From contig MCFE01000423.1 of NCBI GenBank assembly GCA_002104905.1, positions 1 to 64,000 of the forward strand: a DNA stretch of 64,000 bases, written 5' to 3'. Source of the DNA: Basidiobolus meristosporus CBS 931.73. Its lineage: Eukaryota > Fungi > Basidiobolomycota. Made by a program: the position numbers and the translations under genes. The notes beneath the pieces are model-generated. The model was given only the letters and a program-made list of their open reading frames with translations. It ran no database searches and was not told the DNA's origin. Of this stretch, positions 25,527 through 38,349 are shown piece after piece; the first letter of the stretch is position 1, and each line of letters begins with the position of its first letter.

Positions 25527-26759
25527 ATGGTCCCCATACCAAGCCTCAACTCATCTTTAGTACAACCCAGACAAAACCCATCCCCCAGCTCACAAGCGCG
25601 GTCCGGACCGGAAAAGTCAATGTCGGATCCGTTCGAGTTCTCGCCAAATGATTTTAGTATGGCCCAAGTGTCTATGATGAGCCTTCATACAGATATTTGG
25701 GCACTACTGATTAATCTAGCAGAACTAGATACCTCAGAGAGTCAACAAAGATGGAAGAATTTGAGTAGAAAGCTGTGGCATGAGTTCTACATCAAGATGC
25801 CAGCCAATGTATGTAAAAAGATATATAACCAGACAAGTATTGAAATCAAGAATGAGCTGAGAGTGAGGGGATTTGACAAAGAAGCCGCGCGGGAACAATT
25901 TTGCGCGCAATTTGCACAGTACGGGCCGGACGCGTCCGTTCGTGCCTCAACTTTGGGAACCAAAGAGATTTTGAATGAGTTTTTGCCTCAAATGACTAAT
26001 GTACTACGTGATATATTAGTAGAGCTAAGTGGCTTCCAAGAGCAATATACACAGGACTCATCCAGGCAACAGCTCCAAAGTATCAGACAGAGGGTAAGTG
26101 AATACCTTGAGGAATCAGATGGTGAGCTTCAGGAGGAAGAATACAGACCGCAGGCAACATCGTCCAGATCGCGCCAGCACGCCTTGCTGGATTCCCTACC
26201 ATCTCTTGCAACCACAGCGCGCCGGCGCACGTCAGTCCAGACCACGCCAACACCCTTTACCAGAATGCCCCGCGTCGAGTCAACGCGCGCGCTTCAGAGC
26301 AAAACTACGAGAACTCGCCAAACTGCTCATTTAGACACGAGTCCATTGGAGCGGACCGAGTCGCGTCAACATGCGGCATCCCATTGAACTCAGCCAAGGG
26401 CCATCTCAACGCGTCAAGGCACGCCTGTGCGTGCCGTTTCGCCCAACCATCAGCGAGTTACTTCTGGTGAACTGAGTGATGATGACCAACATGAAGTGCC
26501 TCAACCACCAGAGCCCTTGGCAAGTAAAAGAACGCGTCAGCGCGTGGCACTACAGGCCGGTTCAGTTAGTTCAGTCGGAGCGATTCAGCGCGGCCAAGCT
26601 GCAGCATTGCAGTCATCAACTAGGAGGCAAAATACTGACTACGAATACACAAGTAGCCAAGATGATAGTCAGCCTGGAAGTAGTATAGGTGTGCAAAGTG
26701 AGTCACTACCAAATGCTTCAGTAGTAATCCCTGTGAGAAAAAAACCCAGGAGAAGATGA
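25527..26759 (+). pseudogene. Transposon ORF2, copy 1 (SANT/MADF-like helix, disordered tail, C-terminal NLS), premature TGA at 26385-26387
   Basis: RWKNLSRKL helix motif, S/T/R/Q-rich tail, terminal PVRKKPRRR; collinear with 46579-47826. Confidence 0.85.
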
Positions 26760-27689
26760 TGCGATCGCTTTGAATCGCTCACATTTGTAATGATCCCGAC
26801 AACCCTTTTTTTTTGCGATCTGAATCAAGCCATCGCAAATCAGTGATCATCAAATTTTTGACATAAGTAATATCAAGGTCGTCTCACATTTGAGACAGAA
26901 CCCCTATAAATAAACACCCTGCATATATATACGTCATCTGTAATACCAGTGCAGCAATTGGATCTGTTCCGCACCTACACAATTGCTTGCGTGCTAGCTA
27001 TGACACCTAGCCCAATCACTAGGATCAGGGATTTACTTGCTCAATGGGCAAAATGGGATATTTGTTGGCGAATCAGGTAGCTTTTTTAGTAGTCAATGAG
27101 CCAATTGGGGGATGCCAGCTTCAGGATACTTTTGGACCAATTAACCACTGAGATACCGTCCGATTGGAGTGAGGGTAACCAAAATGGTAAGTATCAGTAT
27201 AGTTTATAGTGTGATACACATATATTTCCATTTACATTAAAGAAACATATCCAAATACCGGATTTTACCTGCCATTATAGCGGTATCCAATTGCGCACGT
27301 GATGCAAACATTACAAGTTGGCGCGATCATCTGTGCCAACCTCATTGTGTCAGATTGTGCCATAGTGTGCGAGATCGTCCCGCATAGTGCAAAATCGTCC
27401 AAGAGTGATCCTGTCTTCTGGTAGCCATAATATCGCGCCCGATCGTTCTTTGCAACCGCGGATCGTGCCGCGCACCCTGGCACGGTACGATGGAACAAGT
27501 CTAATATATAATGAGACAACACCTGTAGAAAAAATGCTCAGGATACTTTATAAGCCCCATAAAAATATCTTGGTCCTGCAGGTGGATCCAGTACAGATCA
27601 GCCATCAAGATCCATCATTAGGACATCCTAATGCATGCAGCTGGAATTATTGACCCTCTTTACAATTTTATGACAGGATTGTGTCAGTG

Positions 27690-28490
27690 TTTTGCTGATT
27701 TTACTAATAAATAGATAAATAAACTTGGTAATGTTTTGGCGGCCCTTTGACTGGAATCTAATGGTATTCTAAAGTTCTTATTGTGGCTAACACTTACTTG
27801 AACAGACCCAACCAGCCAGTACATCCAATTATTGTATAGAGAAAAAACTTGACAGTATTTTGATAGCCTTGATGCAGATATATGTTGGCATCTTAACAGC
27901 AATATGGCAGCCTACAGCTAGTCCTGTATGATGCCACTCTACCAATTTACCAAATGGTACTTCCTATAGCTACCTCCCTATACACCATTCATATATTCCA
28001 TTATAGAATCACCCCAATAAATGTGCTAACCAACCACTACTGTGGATAATCCACACATTGCTTAAATAAAAAAACTGTGTCTGCTGCTTGATAGCCTCAA
28101 AATAGATACCCACCTGCTGCAATTGACAGACCACAATCACCTCAGCAGTACAGCTTTTCAGTGTGATACTTGCAATGTTGCTTTATACCTTGTCTTGCTG
28201 GTAACTTATACATCCTGCAAACATATGATTGGTTGCAATCACCTTTGCCATGATTACCTCATCAATATCTGCAAAATACTTTTTGGAGTCTAGCCAATAT
28301 ATTCCATCTCCCTGCTAAGTTCTGCTTCCCCTAATAGGTATGCTCTAGCTCTTGTATGGATTAGTTTGGTACTGAATGGTGTGCAATTTGTCTTGCACCC
28401 AAGGGAAACATGGCTTACTTTAGTGAAATTGTCCAAATATGAATCAGTTGCTTGTTGCATCCAACCCATCTTTGCATTCCACAACTGATT
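27690..28490 (-). mobile_element. Decayed CACTA/EnSpm-like element fragment (3' part)
   Basis: Nucleotide similarity by eye to 32540-32700 and 43900-44430, which adjoin the recognisable Tnp2-like relics. Confidence 0.45.
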
Positions 28491-29149
28491 ACCAATGCAT
28501 TGAGGCTGCTTAGCTTCTTAATGCTGTACAAGTCCTTGAGATTTTGGAAGTGATTGGGAGAACAAGTAGATTATGTGGTGTTCACTCAATGATTTATCAA
28601 ATGCAAAATTAAGATATATATTTTTCATGATGTTGGCACAACATGCACATAGAATATAGACTTGTTATATTGTACCATGACATGGTGTGCAGCATGACTG
28701 GCAGTTGTTCAAAAGAATTTAGGGCAATGCTGAAGCTACCCGTAGGCAGGATTGCTCTTGGATGAATTTACACTATATGGGACAATCTTGCACACTATGG
28801 CACTATCTGACACAATGAGATTGGCACATAAAAGTGTGCCAAGTTGTGACGCTTGCATAACATGCACCACTGGAAACCACTATTATGGTAGGTACAATCT
28901 GGTATTTGGATATTTCTCTCTAATGTATAAGGAAGTAAATGCATACCACACAGAGAACTCTACTTATACTTGCCATTTTGGTTACCATCCTTCCAATTGG
29001 ACAGTATACCAGTGGTTGCTTGGTCCAAGAGTACTCAAAAGCTCTAAACCCCAACTTACTCATTGACAAATGCATAAGTTATCTCATTTGCCATCAGATA
29101 TCCCACTTTACCTATTGAGCAAGTTAATCCCTGCCTTTAGTAATTGGAC

Positions 29150-29496
29150 TGTTGTAGGAGTCTATGAGACACTGGATTCAATTGGGAGGTCAAGTAAATT
29201 GTGCGGTTTCACTTATTGATTTACTGAATGTAAAAGTAGCATCTATACTTTACATGGTCTTGGCATAAAAAGCATGTAGAATAGGTTAAGGAAGGTCATA
29301 AGAACATGTGGGCAAAGTTTGGTGCTGTTTGGACAACTTTGAGAACTTTCATGTTCTGGATACCTGATATTATGGTGAAAATATGTAAAGTAAATCCCAA
29401 CAAGGAATGTGGTCAGTATTCTCTAGGATTTGAAGGTAGTGATATAAGTGACTAAGTTAGGTGAGTATTTAGGTGGAATTACAAACTTTTGCAACA
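29150..29496 (-). mobile_element. Solo Copia LTR
   Basis: TG...CA termini, 5-bp TSD TGGAC (29145-49 and 29497-501), similar to the LTRs at 31818-32157 and ~42514-42860. Confidence 0.8.
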
Positions 29497-29986
29497 TGGA
29501 CAAGGTGTCATAGCTAGCACACAGCCAATTGGGTAGCTACAACACAGATAAAATAGCTGCACTGTGATAGGACTGGTGATGCAGAAGATGTATAGATATG
29601 CAGGGTTTTTATTTATAGGAGTTCTGTCTCTGATGTGCAACAACATTGATATTACTAATATCATGAGTTTAGTCAACATTAGTTAGCAATAGTTTTATTT
29701 GGATCACCACAAAAATGCATTTTTGGATCATGAAATATTGCAGCAGCTCAACACAATTACATTATCTTCTAGTTTTTTTCTCACAGGGACTACTACTGAA
29801 GTATCTGGTAGTGATTCATTTTGTGTACCTAAACTACTATCTTATTGACTATCAATTTGGCCACTGGTGTGCTTGTAGTCAGTTTCTTGCCTTATGGTTG
29901 ATAAATGCAGTCCTGTAGCTTGTCCATGCTGAATTGCTCCATATAATGCTACAGAACCAGCTTGAGTTGCCACACACTTACATATT

Positions 29987-30692
29987 AGACTTGTTCCATT
30001 GGACAGTGCCAAATAATGTCATAGTGTGCCAGAGTGTCCAAGTAGGCATATACTTGGCCACAGAGTGTGAAACATTGTTCTTCATGCAAAGCAGCACTGG
30101 TGCTTCACTCACTGAGCTAGAGAAAATCCATTTTTTGACCTTTTTTTGGGATCAATATAGTTCATGATGTGCCAAAACATAGAAAGATTGAAAATATGCA
30201 TCTGATACCCAAAACCCATGGCACTCTGAATCTAGCTCCAGAAATCTGTAACATGTCTCAAAAGAGCATGACACTGTCTGGGGCCACTGGTATTATATGG
30301 CACTATATTTAAGATTAGCACTAAAGTAAGACCATTACAAAGCACTAGTAGTGCTAGATAGTATCAGTAGACCAATATAGTGCCATGCATTCTTGTGACA
30401 TGTACAGACCTCTGGAGCTAGATTCAGAGTGCCATTGGTATTGAGTATCAAATGCTTATCTTCAGTCCCTCTGTGTTTGTGCACATCATGCACAATATTG
30501 ATCCCAAAAAAATGGTCAAACAATGAATTTTCTCCAGTACAGTGGGTGGAACACAGGAGCTGCATTGTATGAATACCTAGAACTATTTTTCACACTCTGT
30601 GACCAAGCACAGTTCTACTTTGCCTCTCTGGCAAGCTATGGCACTATTTGGCAGTCATTGCTCAACTTGGCACTATCATATGGAATAAGTCT
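29987..30692. mobile_element. Foldback MITE of the PHIS-like family (older copy)
   Basis: AGACTTGTTCC...GGAATAAGTCT ends, TSD ATT on both sides, arms are inverted repeats, homologous to 49719-50452. Confidence 0.9.
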
Positions 30693-31817
30693 ATTGCTTT
30701 ACTTGCCAAAGGCTCCTACTGTGGAGGTACTTCCAGTGGATTGTCATCAACCAGTTAGCCAGAAGTAACTTGCTGATGGTTGGGTGTAGCACCCCATGCA
30801 GGCACAAGCCAATGTGTTGGCATTGCCCTTAGCAGAGTGCAATGTGATGCTAGATGTTTGTGTAACTTAGCCTGCACCAGCAGACCTGTGTTGGCAAGTT
30901 CTGGTTGTATTTCTATTAGCCACTCATTAACTTGGTGTGTGGTGCTCCTGTGGAGGATGCTTGCATAGATTGAACTAACATGTGCCAGTATGCTGGTGTT
31001 GTAAGACTTTATAAGAGATACAGCAAGGTATGCTGATGCAGTCCTGATTCTGATGCCCATGGTCTGGATTCTACCTCTTCAAGCTCACCTTCTGATTCTT
31101 TGAAGTGCTTACTTGCCCTCTATCTAATACTTTGGAACTGTTGCCTTGATAGCTCATTTCTGTACAATCACTTACCAATATTGATATTACTTACTCATCT
31201 GAAAGGCCTTTTCTCACCAGTCCCAACAGTGCCACTGGATTTTCTTTTGACACATTAGAGGAGATCCATACCAAATATGGTGGGCCATCTACGCAATCTA
31301 CTCAAGGAGGACCCTTGTTGTGCTTCTCTGTTACTACAAGAACTACTGCCCTACAAGGTCTCATCCCACCACCACTGATTTGTTAGTCTTGCAAACTAAA
31401 TGAGAGTTATCTTGATCAGCAAACCCATCAGGCTGGCTCATATACACGTCCTCATCTAGTTGCCATTCAGAAGTTCAGTTTTTGTATCTATTTGTATATA
31501 GAGAGCTTATATTTGGGTTCAATAGCTGATATTAGTTTGATAGTATTAAACCTAGCTACCAGTACAAAGGTTTCAGTATAGTCCAGCTTCTTTGTTAGAA
31601 AGTATCCAATGGACACAGGCCTTGCTTTAGGCCCTTTAATTGTTTCACCAGCCTTGTGTGTTGACTTGAGGACCTCTTTACATCCAATTGTTTTTTGGTT
31701 GGTTGGTATTTGACCAAGTCCTAAGCTTGATTATTCATTAGGGCCTGATACTCCTCAGTCATTGCCGGTTGCCACACTTTGCTGAGAGTTATTTAGCACC
31801 TCTTTTACAGTCTGGAG

Positions 31818-32410
31818 TGTTGCAAAATTTCTAACACCACCTAAATATTCATCCTAGTCACTAGATTACTACCTACAAATCTTAAAGAATACCAACCAAA
31901 TCCTTTGCCAGGATTTACTAACAATATATTCACCAAAATATTATTTACCTAGATGGTGAAAATTCTCAAAGTTATCCAAACAGCCCCAAAGTTTACAAAC
32001 ATGATCTTTGGCCTGTCATGAGTCTATTATACATATTTGTAATGCAAGACCATCAAAAGTACAAGTAATTCTTTTACATTCAATAATCATTGAGTGAAAG
32101 CCACAAACCCTACTTGTAAGCCAACTCACTTCTAATATCTCCAAGACTCTTACTACAGGTCATGGGCTCCAGCTGTCACTTGTTGCAATGGCTACTACTG
32201 CCATCACTAAAATTTTTCCCTCTGCCAAAAAGTTGGTGAGATCTAACTACTAAGGGTGGGAGGTGAAGATGAAGATGCCGCAATAGGAAAGAGGCCTTTA
32301 GGCTATTCTCATGGGAGATGAATGCCGTCTTACAAGTGTAGAGGAGGAAGAATGCCCTCTTAAAAGCTTATAAGAGGAAGCCTTGGAGTACTAGAAGATA
32401 GAACAGAGTA
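31818..32410 (+). mobile_element. Copia LTR (31818-32157), PBS and decayed gag start
   Basis: tgttgc...tactaca, then GGTCATGGGCTCC; the following sequence is collinear with the gag at 21527 but has stops. Confidence 0.75.
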
Positions 32411-32689
32411 CCCTATGGGAAAAAATTTGGTCCCACTGGTGGATTCAACCCAGATCAGCCATGAGGATACTGCCAAGAAACCATCAAAATGCCAGCAGCT
32501 TGGAATTAGTGGCCCTCTACACATTCTTATGATGGGATTACAATGTCATTTTGCTGATTTTATTTGCTAAATAAAGTTAATAACTTGGTGGGGTTTTGGC
32601 AGCCTTTTGACAGGAGTTGCATGGCATTGTAATGGTCTTGATGAGCACTGCATCTATTTGAGTGGATCTGACTGGCCAGTACATCTAGT

Positions 32690-34550
32690 TGGCTACATGT
32701 CAAGAAGATAGGGGGTGCTTAGCTACTTAGTGCCATAAACATAGGTGTCTCCATGTGCATATCTGTCCCCAGTATCTTCCAACTCTTCCTGGCTGTCCTC
32801 AATGTGCCAACTTATTGCATCCATGACGGACTTGAAGGCAATATTCTTGATAGGATTGGAATATGGTAGTACCTGCAATTTGACTTGTCTTCCTATTTCC
32901 CTACATATCTGCTCTATAGGAAACCCCCAAAAGGTGAAGCAAGGCTCAATATTCTCCACACATCATGCAAGATGGTGTAGAGAATGAATACAGTAGCAGC
33001 GGAGATTCAGGAGTCCAGCTTTACATTTGTAGTATAGCTGCTTATATCCTGTCACAAACTCATTGTACAAAAGCTGTGATTGCATCATGTTGGCATTGGT
33101 GATCTGCTTCTGAGTAAATATCCCTAAGAAAAAAAATAAAGAAAAGGCCAGTAAAATACCGTCATAATATCAGCTGAGTTCCAAGTATTTTAATAGTGAC
33201 AACTCTCAATATCTTGGTTGTTAGCTCATGAGCAGGCAAGCAAACAAACTCTCCAGGAGGAGACTAGGCCAACTACTATTCATATCAAATTTGGTAATTA
33301 GCTGCCATTACTTCCAACTAAAATTGCATTTGAAATTTTGAGCCAAAAACACCAGCTGAATACCAGCAAAGTATCATTACAATATCAGCAGAATACCAGC
33401 TGGAAATTAGATGAATTCCAAGTTTGAGTTTTTTCATAGGGTATTCCCACAATGTTCTCATATGACTCTCAAGGCTTCCAATGTGCTCATGGTAGAAATG
33501 GCATCAAAAGTCCACTTATATAAATACCTTTCCAGTTAATCCAGTCCTTGCACTTGTATTGTCACATTTGCCTATAAATATTGATTAGAGCCTGTGAGAA
33601 GTACTTAGGGTAGCAGATACTCTGTAAAATCTTGCCAATTCTTCAAATATCTCCAGTATCTTGAAGGCCTCATTTAGATTGATATACCCTATGTACAACT
33701 TGGTCATTTGTATAGGGATATTGTTGAAAAGCAAATGCATTCCTCTAGGTGGCAAGCTTTTACTCCAGCAGATACCCTGTATCTTGAGTATCTCTGGTTT
33801 CCAACTATCTCCATGGTCTGGCCAATGGCTTATAGCTTGCCAACTTTGCCACAATTGCATGCTTACTGCTGTACAACTTCTCTGTGGGAAGATGATGCTC
33901 TTAGTGTTGCTGTTTGGATAATAATAATGTGTGTGAGTTATAGAGTACATTCCCTGGATCTCACACATTTGACAACAATGCTGTCCACTGTGTCCATAAA
34001 CGCTGTCTATCCTGCCAATGGCTGGGGTATTGGCAATGCAGATGGTGATATGCGCTTTGATATGATGTCCATTGACCAGTAGGCCAATTGAAACCATACA
34101 AAGTTTATCCAGCAAAGGATACAGGTAGTTATCCATGTTGGATAGTGATTTAGGCCCAGATACCAGTGAGACTACCTTCAGATATCTGCTTTTATGGCAT
34201 TAGATAGCAACAGATACAGGTTGATGAGAATCAGTGGCCAGCAGAATTTGCTGGTAGAGTGCTTGTTTGATGAGAATCCATCAAGTGCCAAGGCAAAGGT
34301 ATGGTCATACATACCTTCAAAGTGGCACTTGCTTCTAAGTTGTTAGTAAATTTTCCATCAAATATATTGGAGATACTTGCACTTAATTGATACTGAGCGC
34401 AGTATATTATAGCTTCACATTATTTGTTGAACTGCATAAGCTTCTTTAGACAGGGCATTACCTGATTAGATCCAGAGTGTGAACAATGTTTTCTCCCAGT
34501 TGTTGTGGATTACTGACAAGTTGGTCACCTTGCAATGGTGGCATTTTCTG
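32690..34550 (-). pseudogene. CACTA/EnSpm-like (Transposase_21/Tnp2 plus DUF4218-like) transposase relic
   Basis: DGFS...CWPLILINL...GPKS..MDNYLYPLLD, NTPA...GHSGQHCCQMCEIQG, FWGFPIEQIC..IGRQVK..VLPYSN motifs; many stops. Confidence 0.75.
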
Positions 34551-34556
34551 ATTTTC

Positions 34557-36780
34557 ATTCATGTTCTGTTAGATAGTGCCACATAGTGCCCAATCAATCT
34601 AGCATTATAACTTCTACCATAATGCCAGTGGTAGGATATAGTTACTGTTAATTTTATTTAATCTTACTTAAGTTGCTCAGGATAGTGTATTCCTTGCTTT
34701 ACTTCATCTGTGTAACACTCCAGACACATTTTGTTCAGTGAATGTCTTCTTGTATGTATACACTTTGCATTGGTAAGTATCCTTATTATTTTACCTGTTC
34801 TACTGTTTTCTCCTATATATGACATTCCTCTGTATTTACCAGCCAATACACTGAATCTCTTCAAGTATCCAAATGCATGCTCTACCCTCACTCTGAAATG
34901 ATAAACTATCTCATTGTAGAGCTTCTGCATCCTGCTAAGCACACAATTCCTTAGCTTCCTATAGGCTCTAATACATCCTAATCTCTGACAATCATCTCCT
35001 ATATGAGCTAAGTCTTCTACACATCTCTCCCCTCTACTGAATTCTGGATGATTTTCTACCCAGAGTGCTGTCATGCCTACTTCCAGCAAATGTCCCACTA
35101 AACCAGATGATGTTACCCTCAATGTCAGACAGTGCTAGATATTTCACACAGTGTGCCTTGTACTTGCCAGAATAAAAGTGCCTCTGCCCTCTAAAAGGTC
35201 TGTTAATCCAGACTGGGAAGGTATCCAAAATACTCTTTATATGGAACCTGTTGTTGAACACTCTGTGATATGGGAGTGCATTTGAGCTTCTGAACCTAGT
35301 ATTCCAAGCTTGCTCTAAGTTATTCATACCCTCTGCAAGGTGGCTCTCCATTGCTGTCAGCTAGGAATGAAAGCTTCTATTTCTTTTATTGCCATGGATA
35401 GGGGATGAAACCTTGTGGGGCAATAGTTCTTGTAATAGCAGAGAAGCTTAACAAGGGAACTACTTGAGTAATTGGGGTAGAAGTTCTGCAGTACATGGTA
35501 TAGATCTCCTCTAATGTGTCAAATGATAATCCAGTGGTAATGATGAGATTAATGAGAAAAGACCTTTCTGGTGACTAAGTCATATTAAAATTGGTAGGTG
35601 ATGGGTCTGAGGCGTATTGATTCAATTTGGTGCAATCTACTTTATATATCTGATATCCATGCATTACAATTAAATCTCCATCAATTGCCATGTATGCCAT
35701 CATTAAGTTGCAAAAATCATCCTGAAACAATGACTTAGTACTTTTGTTGATGCATTACTCACAAGTTTATATTCAAATAGGAAATCTGCAATTGGTGGGA
35801 TCCAATCCATGTCATTGCAATCCAATATGCATCATGCCTAATATATGGAAAACTCTACAAGCACATTGGTTTTCATATATATTTCATGTAAACCAGGTTG
35901 ATACCAATACACTATGGTATAAGTATCCAAATCCATCACTATGGTCCCTATACCAAGTCTCAACTCATCTTTAGTACAACCAAGACAAAACCCATCACTC
36001 AGCTCACAAGCATGGTCCAGACCAGTAAAGTCAATGTTAGATCAATTTGAGCTCTTACCAAATGATTTACATATGGCTCAAGTGTCTATGATGAGCCTTC
36101 TTACAGATATTTGGGCATTACTCATTAATCTAGCAGAGCTAGATACCTCAGAAAGTCAACAGATATGGATGAACCTGAGTAGAAAGCTGTGGCATGAGTT
36201 CTACATCAAGATGCCAGTGGATGCCTGTAAGAAGATATATAACAAGACACATATTGAAATCAAGAATGAGCTGAGAGTGAGGGGATCTGATGAGGAAGCC
36301 AAGCAGGAATCATTTTGCACGCAATTTGCACAGTATGGGCTGGTCACATCTGTTTGTGCCTCAACTTTAGGAATCAAAGAGGTTTTGAATGAGTTTTGGC
36401 CTCAAATGGCTAATGTATTACAAGATTTATTAATAGAGTTAAGTGGCTTCCAAGAGCAATATACACAGGACTGATCCAGGCAACAGTTCCAAAGTATCAG
36501 ACAGTGGGCAAGTGAATACCTTAAGGAATCATAAGGTGAGCTTAAAGAGGAGGAATACAGACCGCAAGCAACAGCATCTAGATTATGCCAGCACTCTTTG
36601 CTGGATTCCTTACCATCCCTTGCAACTTCAGCATGCCGGTGCATGTCAGTCTAAACTACACCAAAACCCTTCACAAGAATGTCCACATTGATTCAATGTG
36701 TGTTGGGTCAATGCATGTGCTTCAGAGCAAAATCACCAGAACTTGCTACACGCTCATTTAGACACAAGTCCATCTGGAAC
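34557..36780. mobile_element. Decayed PHIS-like element, copy 3 (left end, transposase and ORF2 5' part; right part missing)
   Basis: Degenerate left TIR, frameshifted transposase (ORFs 34664-35122 and 35034-35351), ORF2 at 35941-36474 and beyond. Almost all CpG lost relative to copies 1 and 2. Confidence 0.9.
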
Positions 36781-38349
36781 TCAAGGCCAGGCAAAATTCA
36801 CTTGACTTAGCCATGAGCATTATCCTGGACCCAAGCAAGCAGAAAGGTTTTGGTTCAGCATTGGTATGCCAAATGTGTATCTCAAGAGTGGCATAAACTA
36901 TCAAAGGCAGAAGAATAAGGGTGCAATGGCTAATAACCCGCAGCTTCCTGATGAGCCTGCTACAAGACAGGCCAAAAGCTCTAAGCAAGCAACAAAGACA
37001 CTTCAGGTAGCTGGAAGAGTGCCAGTTAGGGACAGGCAGGCAAGCACAGATGCATCAGCACAAAATTCATCAAGAAAAAAGAGTAGTTCCAATTTAGAGG
37101 CACTCAGTCAAAGTATCAGTGAAAGACATGGCAGCAAGAAATACCAGTGATTACCAGAGGAGCCTATCACAACTAGGTCTGAGTACTCAAAATAACCAGA
37201 AAAGTAACATCAGGCTGATAGGGAGTGCTAGTAAGGGGCAAGCAGGCTAGAATAGATGCTTCAGAGTAGCATTTATCAAGGAGAAAACATGGTTTGATAC
37301 CAGAAGCACTCAGAAAAAGTGGCATTAATGACCTGACAGTGATAAAGGAATAGATTGGGGGGAAAGTCTACACAAGCCCAAGAGAGGGAAGCGTGAGAAT
37401 AAAGCTGCAATGCCTTCTAATTAACTCAGTAAGCCTGGAACAGACTGAATACCATCACAGCCAAGATGTATTACCAACATGAAAGCAGCTGTTCTCACAA
37501 GAGTTGGAGGTGCAGCCAGTAGTGCTGCACTTTGGTGATGTAGATGAGCTTGCAGAGACAGGAAATTTGTGTGCCACAGCCTTTGCATCCTCCATTGCTG
37601 ACAGAGTGGAGATCGCACTGACAAACAAAGCAACATTCTCAAGAGCTCAAAGGACTATCACAATGCCTTCAGTAGAATTTTGGAATGGTAATAGACATAC
37701 CAAGTGGTTGCCGCACTACTTTAAGAGCAGTGCTCAAGAAAATGCACTTGAATATTGCAAGGACTAGTTGCAAAGGCTGGCAGATGAGGTGCTAGACCTT
37801 GCAGTGCTTGCTAAAGACAAGGACATATGGGAATTGGTGATGGAGTTGTAGCATAAAGCTGTTGGGTTCTTGCCAATGTAATGGAAACAAATTGTTACTG
37901 TTGAAAATCTTATTCAGTGGTGAATGCTAATGGAGTTAGTGATTGAGTGTGGGGCTGGGCTTAATGCTAGTGTAGGGTATAGGGAGTTGAATAGGTCAAT
38001 ACAATTGGAAATTGTGGTAAAACAGAAGTTTCAATGGAAATAGATAAGTTTGTTTGCATGAAAAGTAAGAGCAATGGTAGAGTCAGGAAGTAAGAAGTGT
38101 GAAAGAGAGGCAAGAGCCAATCAACACTCACAAACAATGGAAGTGATAGAATGTCAAGGATCAGAAAGTGAGAAAATTGAGAGAACCAATATAAAGCCAC
38201 ATATGTGGGGTTGTGATTAAGAATTTTGACTAAGTTTCTTATGAAATTTGGGATGCATTTATTTTTTGACAGTCCTTGCAAATTGTCCTGACAGGAATAG
38301 TACCTCTTAGTCACGGGATTTAAGTCTGTGATAGCCTTTTGACAAGATT

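Larger units (their letters stand above)
24100..27502. mobile_element. PHIS-superfamily (Harbinger/Pangu-like) DNA transposon, copy 1 (3403 bp)
   Basis: TIRs AGACTTGTTCC...GGAACAAGTCT, TSD AAT (24097-99 and 27503-05), divergent transposase and ORF2. Near-identical to 45152-48568. Confidence 0.95.
28750..31370 (-). mobile_element. Decayed PHIS-like element, copy 4, inverted; interrupted by a solo LTR and a MITE
   Basis: Reverse complement matches the right arm (28750-29140, 29500-29720), the ORF2 3' half (29720-29980, 30695-31180) and a transposase N-terminal piece (31210-31350). CpGs are converted to TpG/CpA. Confidence 0.8.

Noticed and set aside
27265-27522. Minus-strand ORF with a CxxC-like motif at the transposon right end (also 48331-48594)
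   Set aside because: It starts outside the TIR in flanking DNA and has different N-termini in the two copies, so it cannot be an element gene as annotated.
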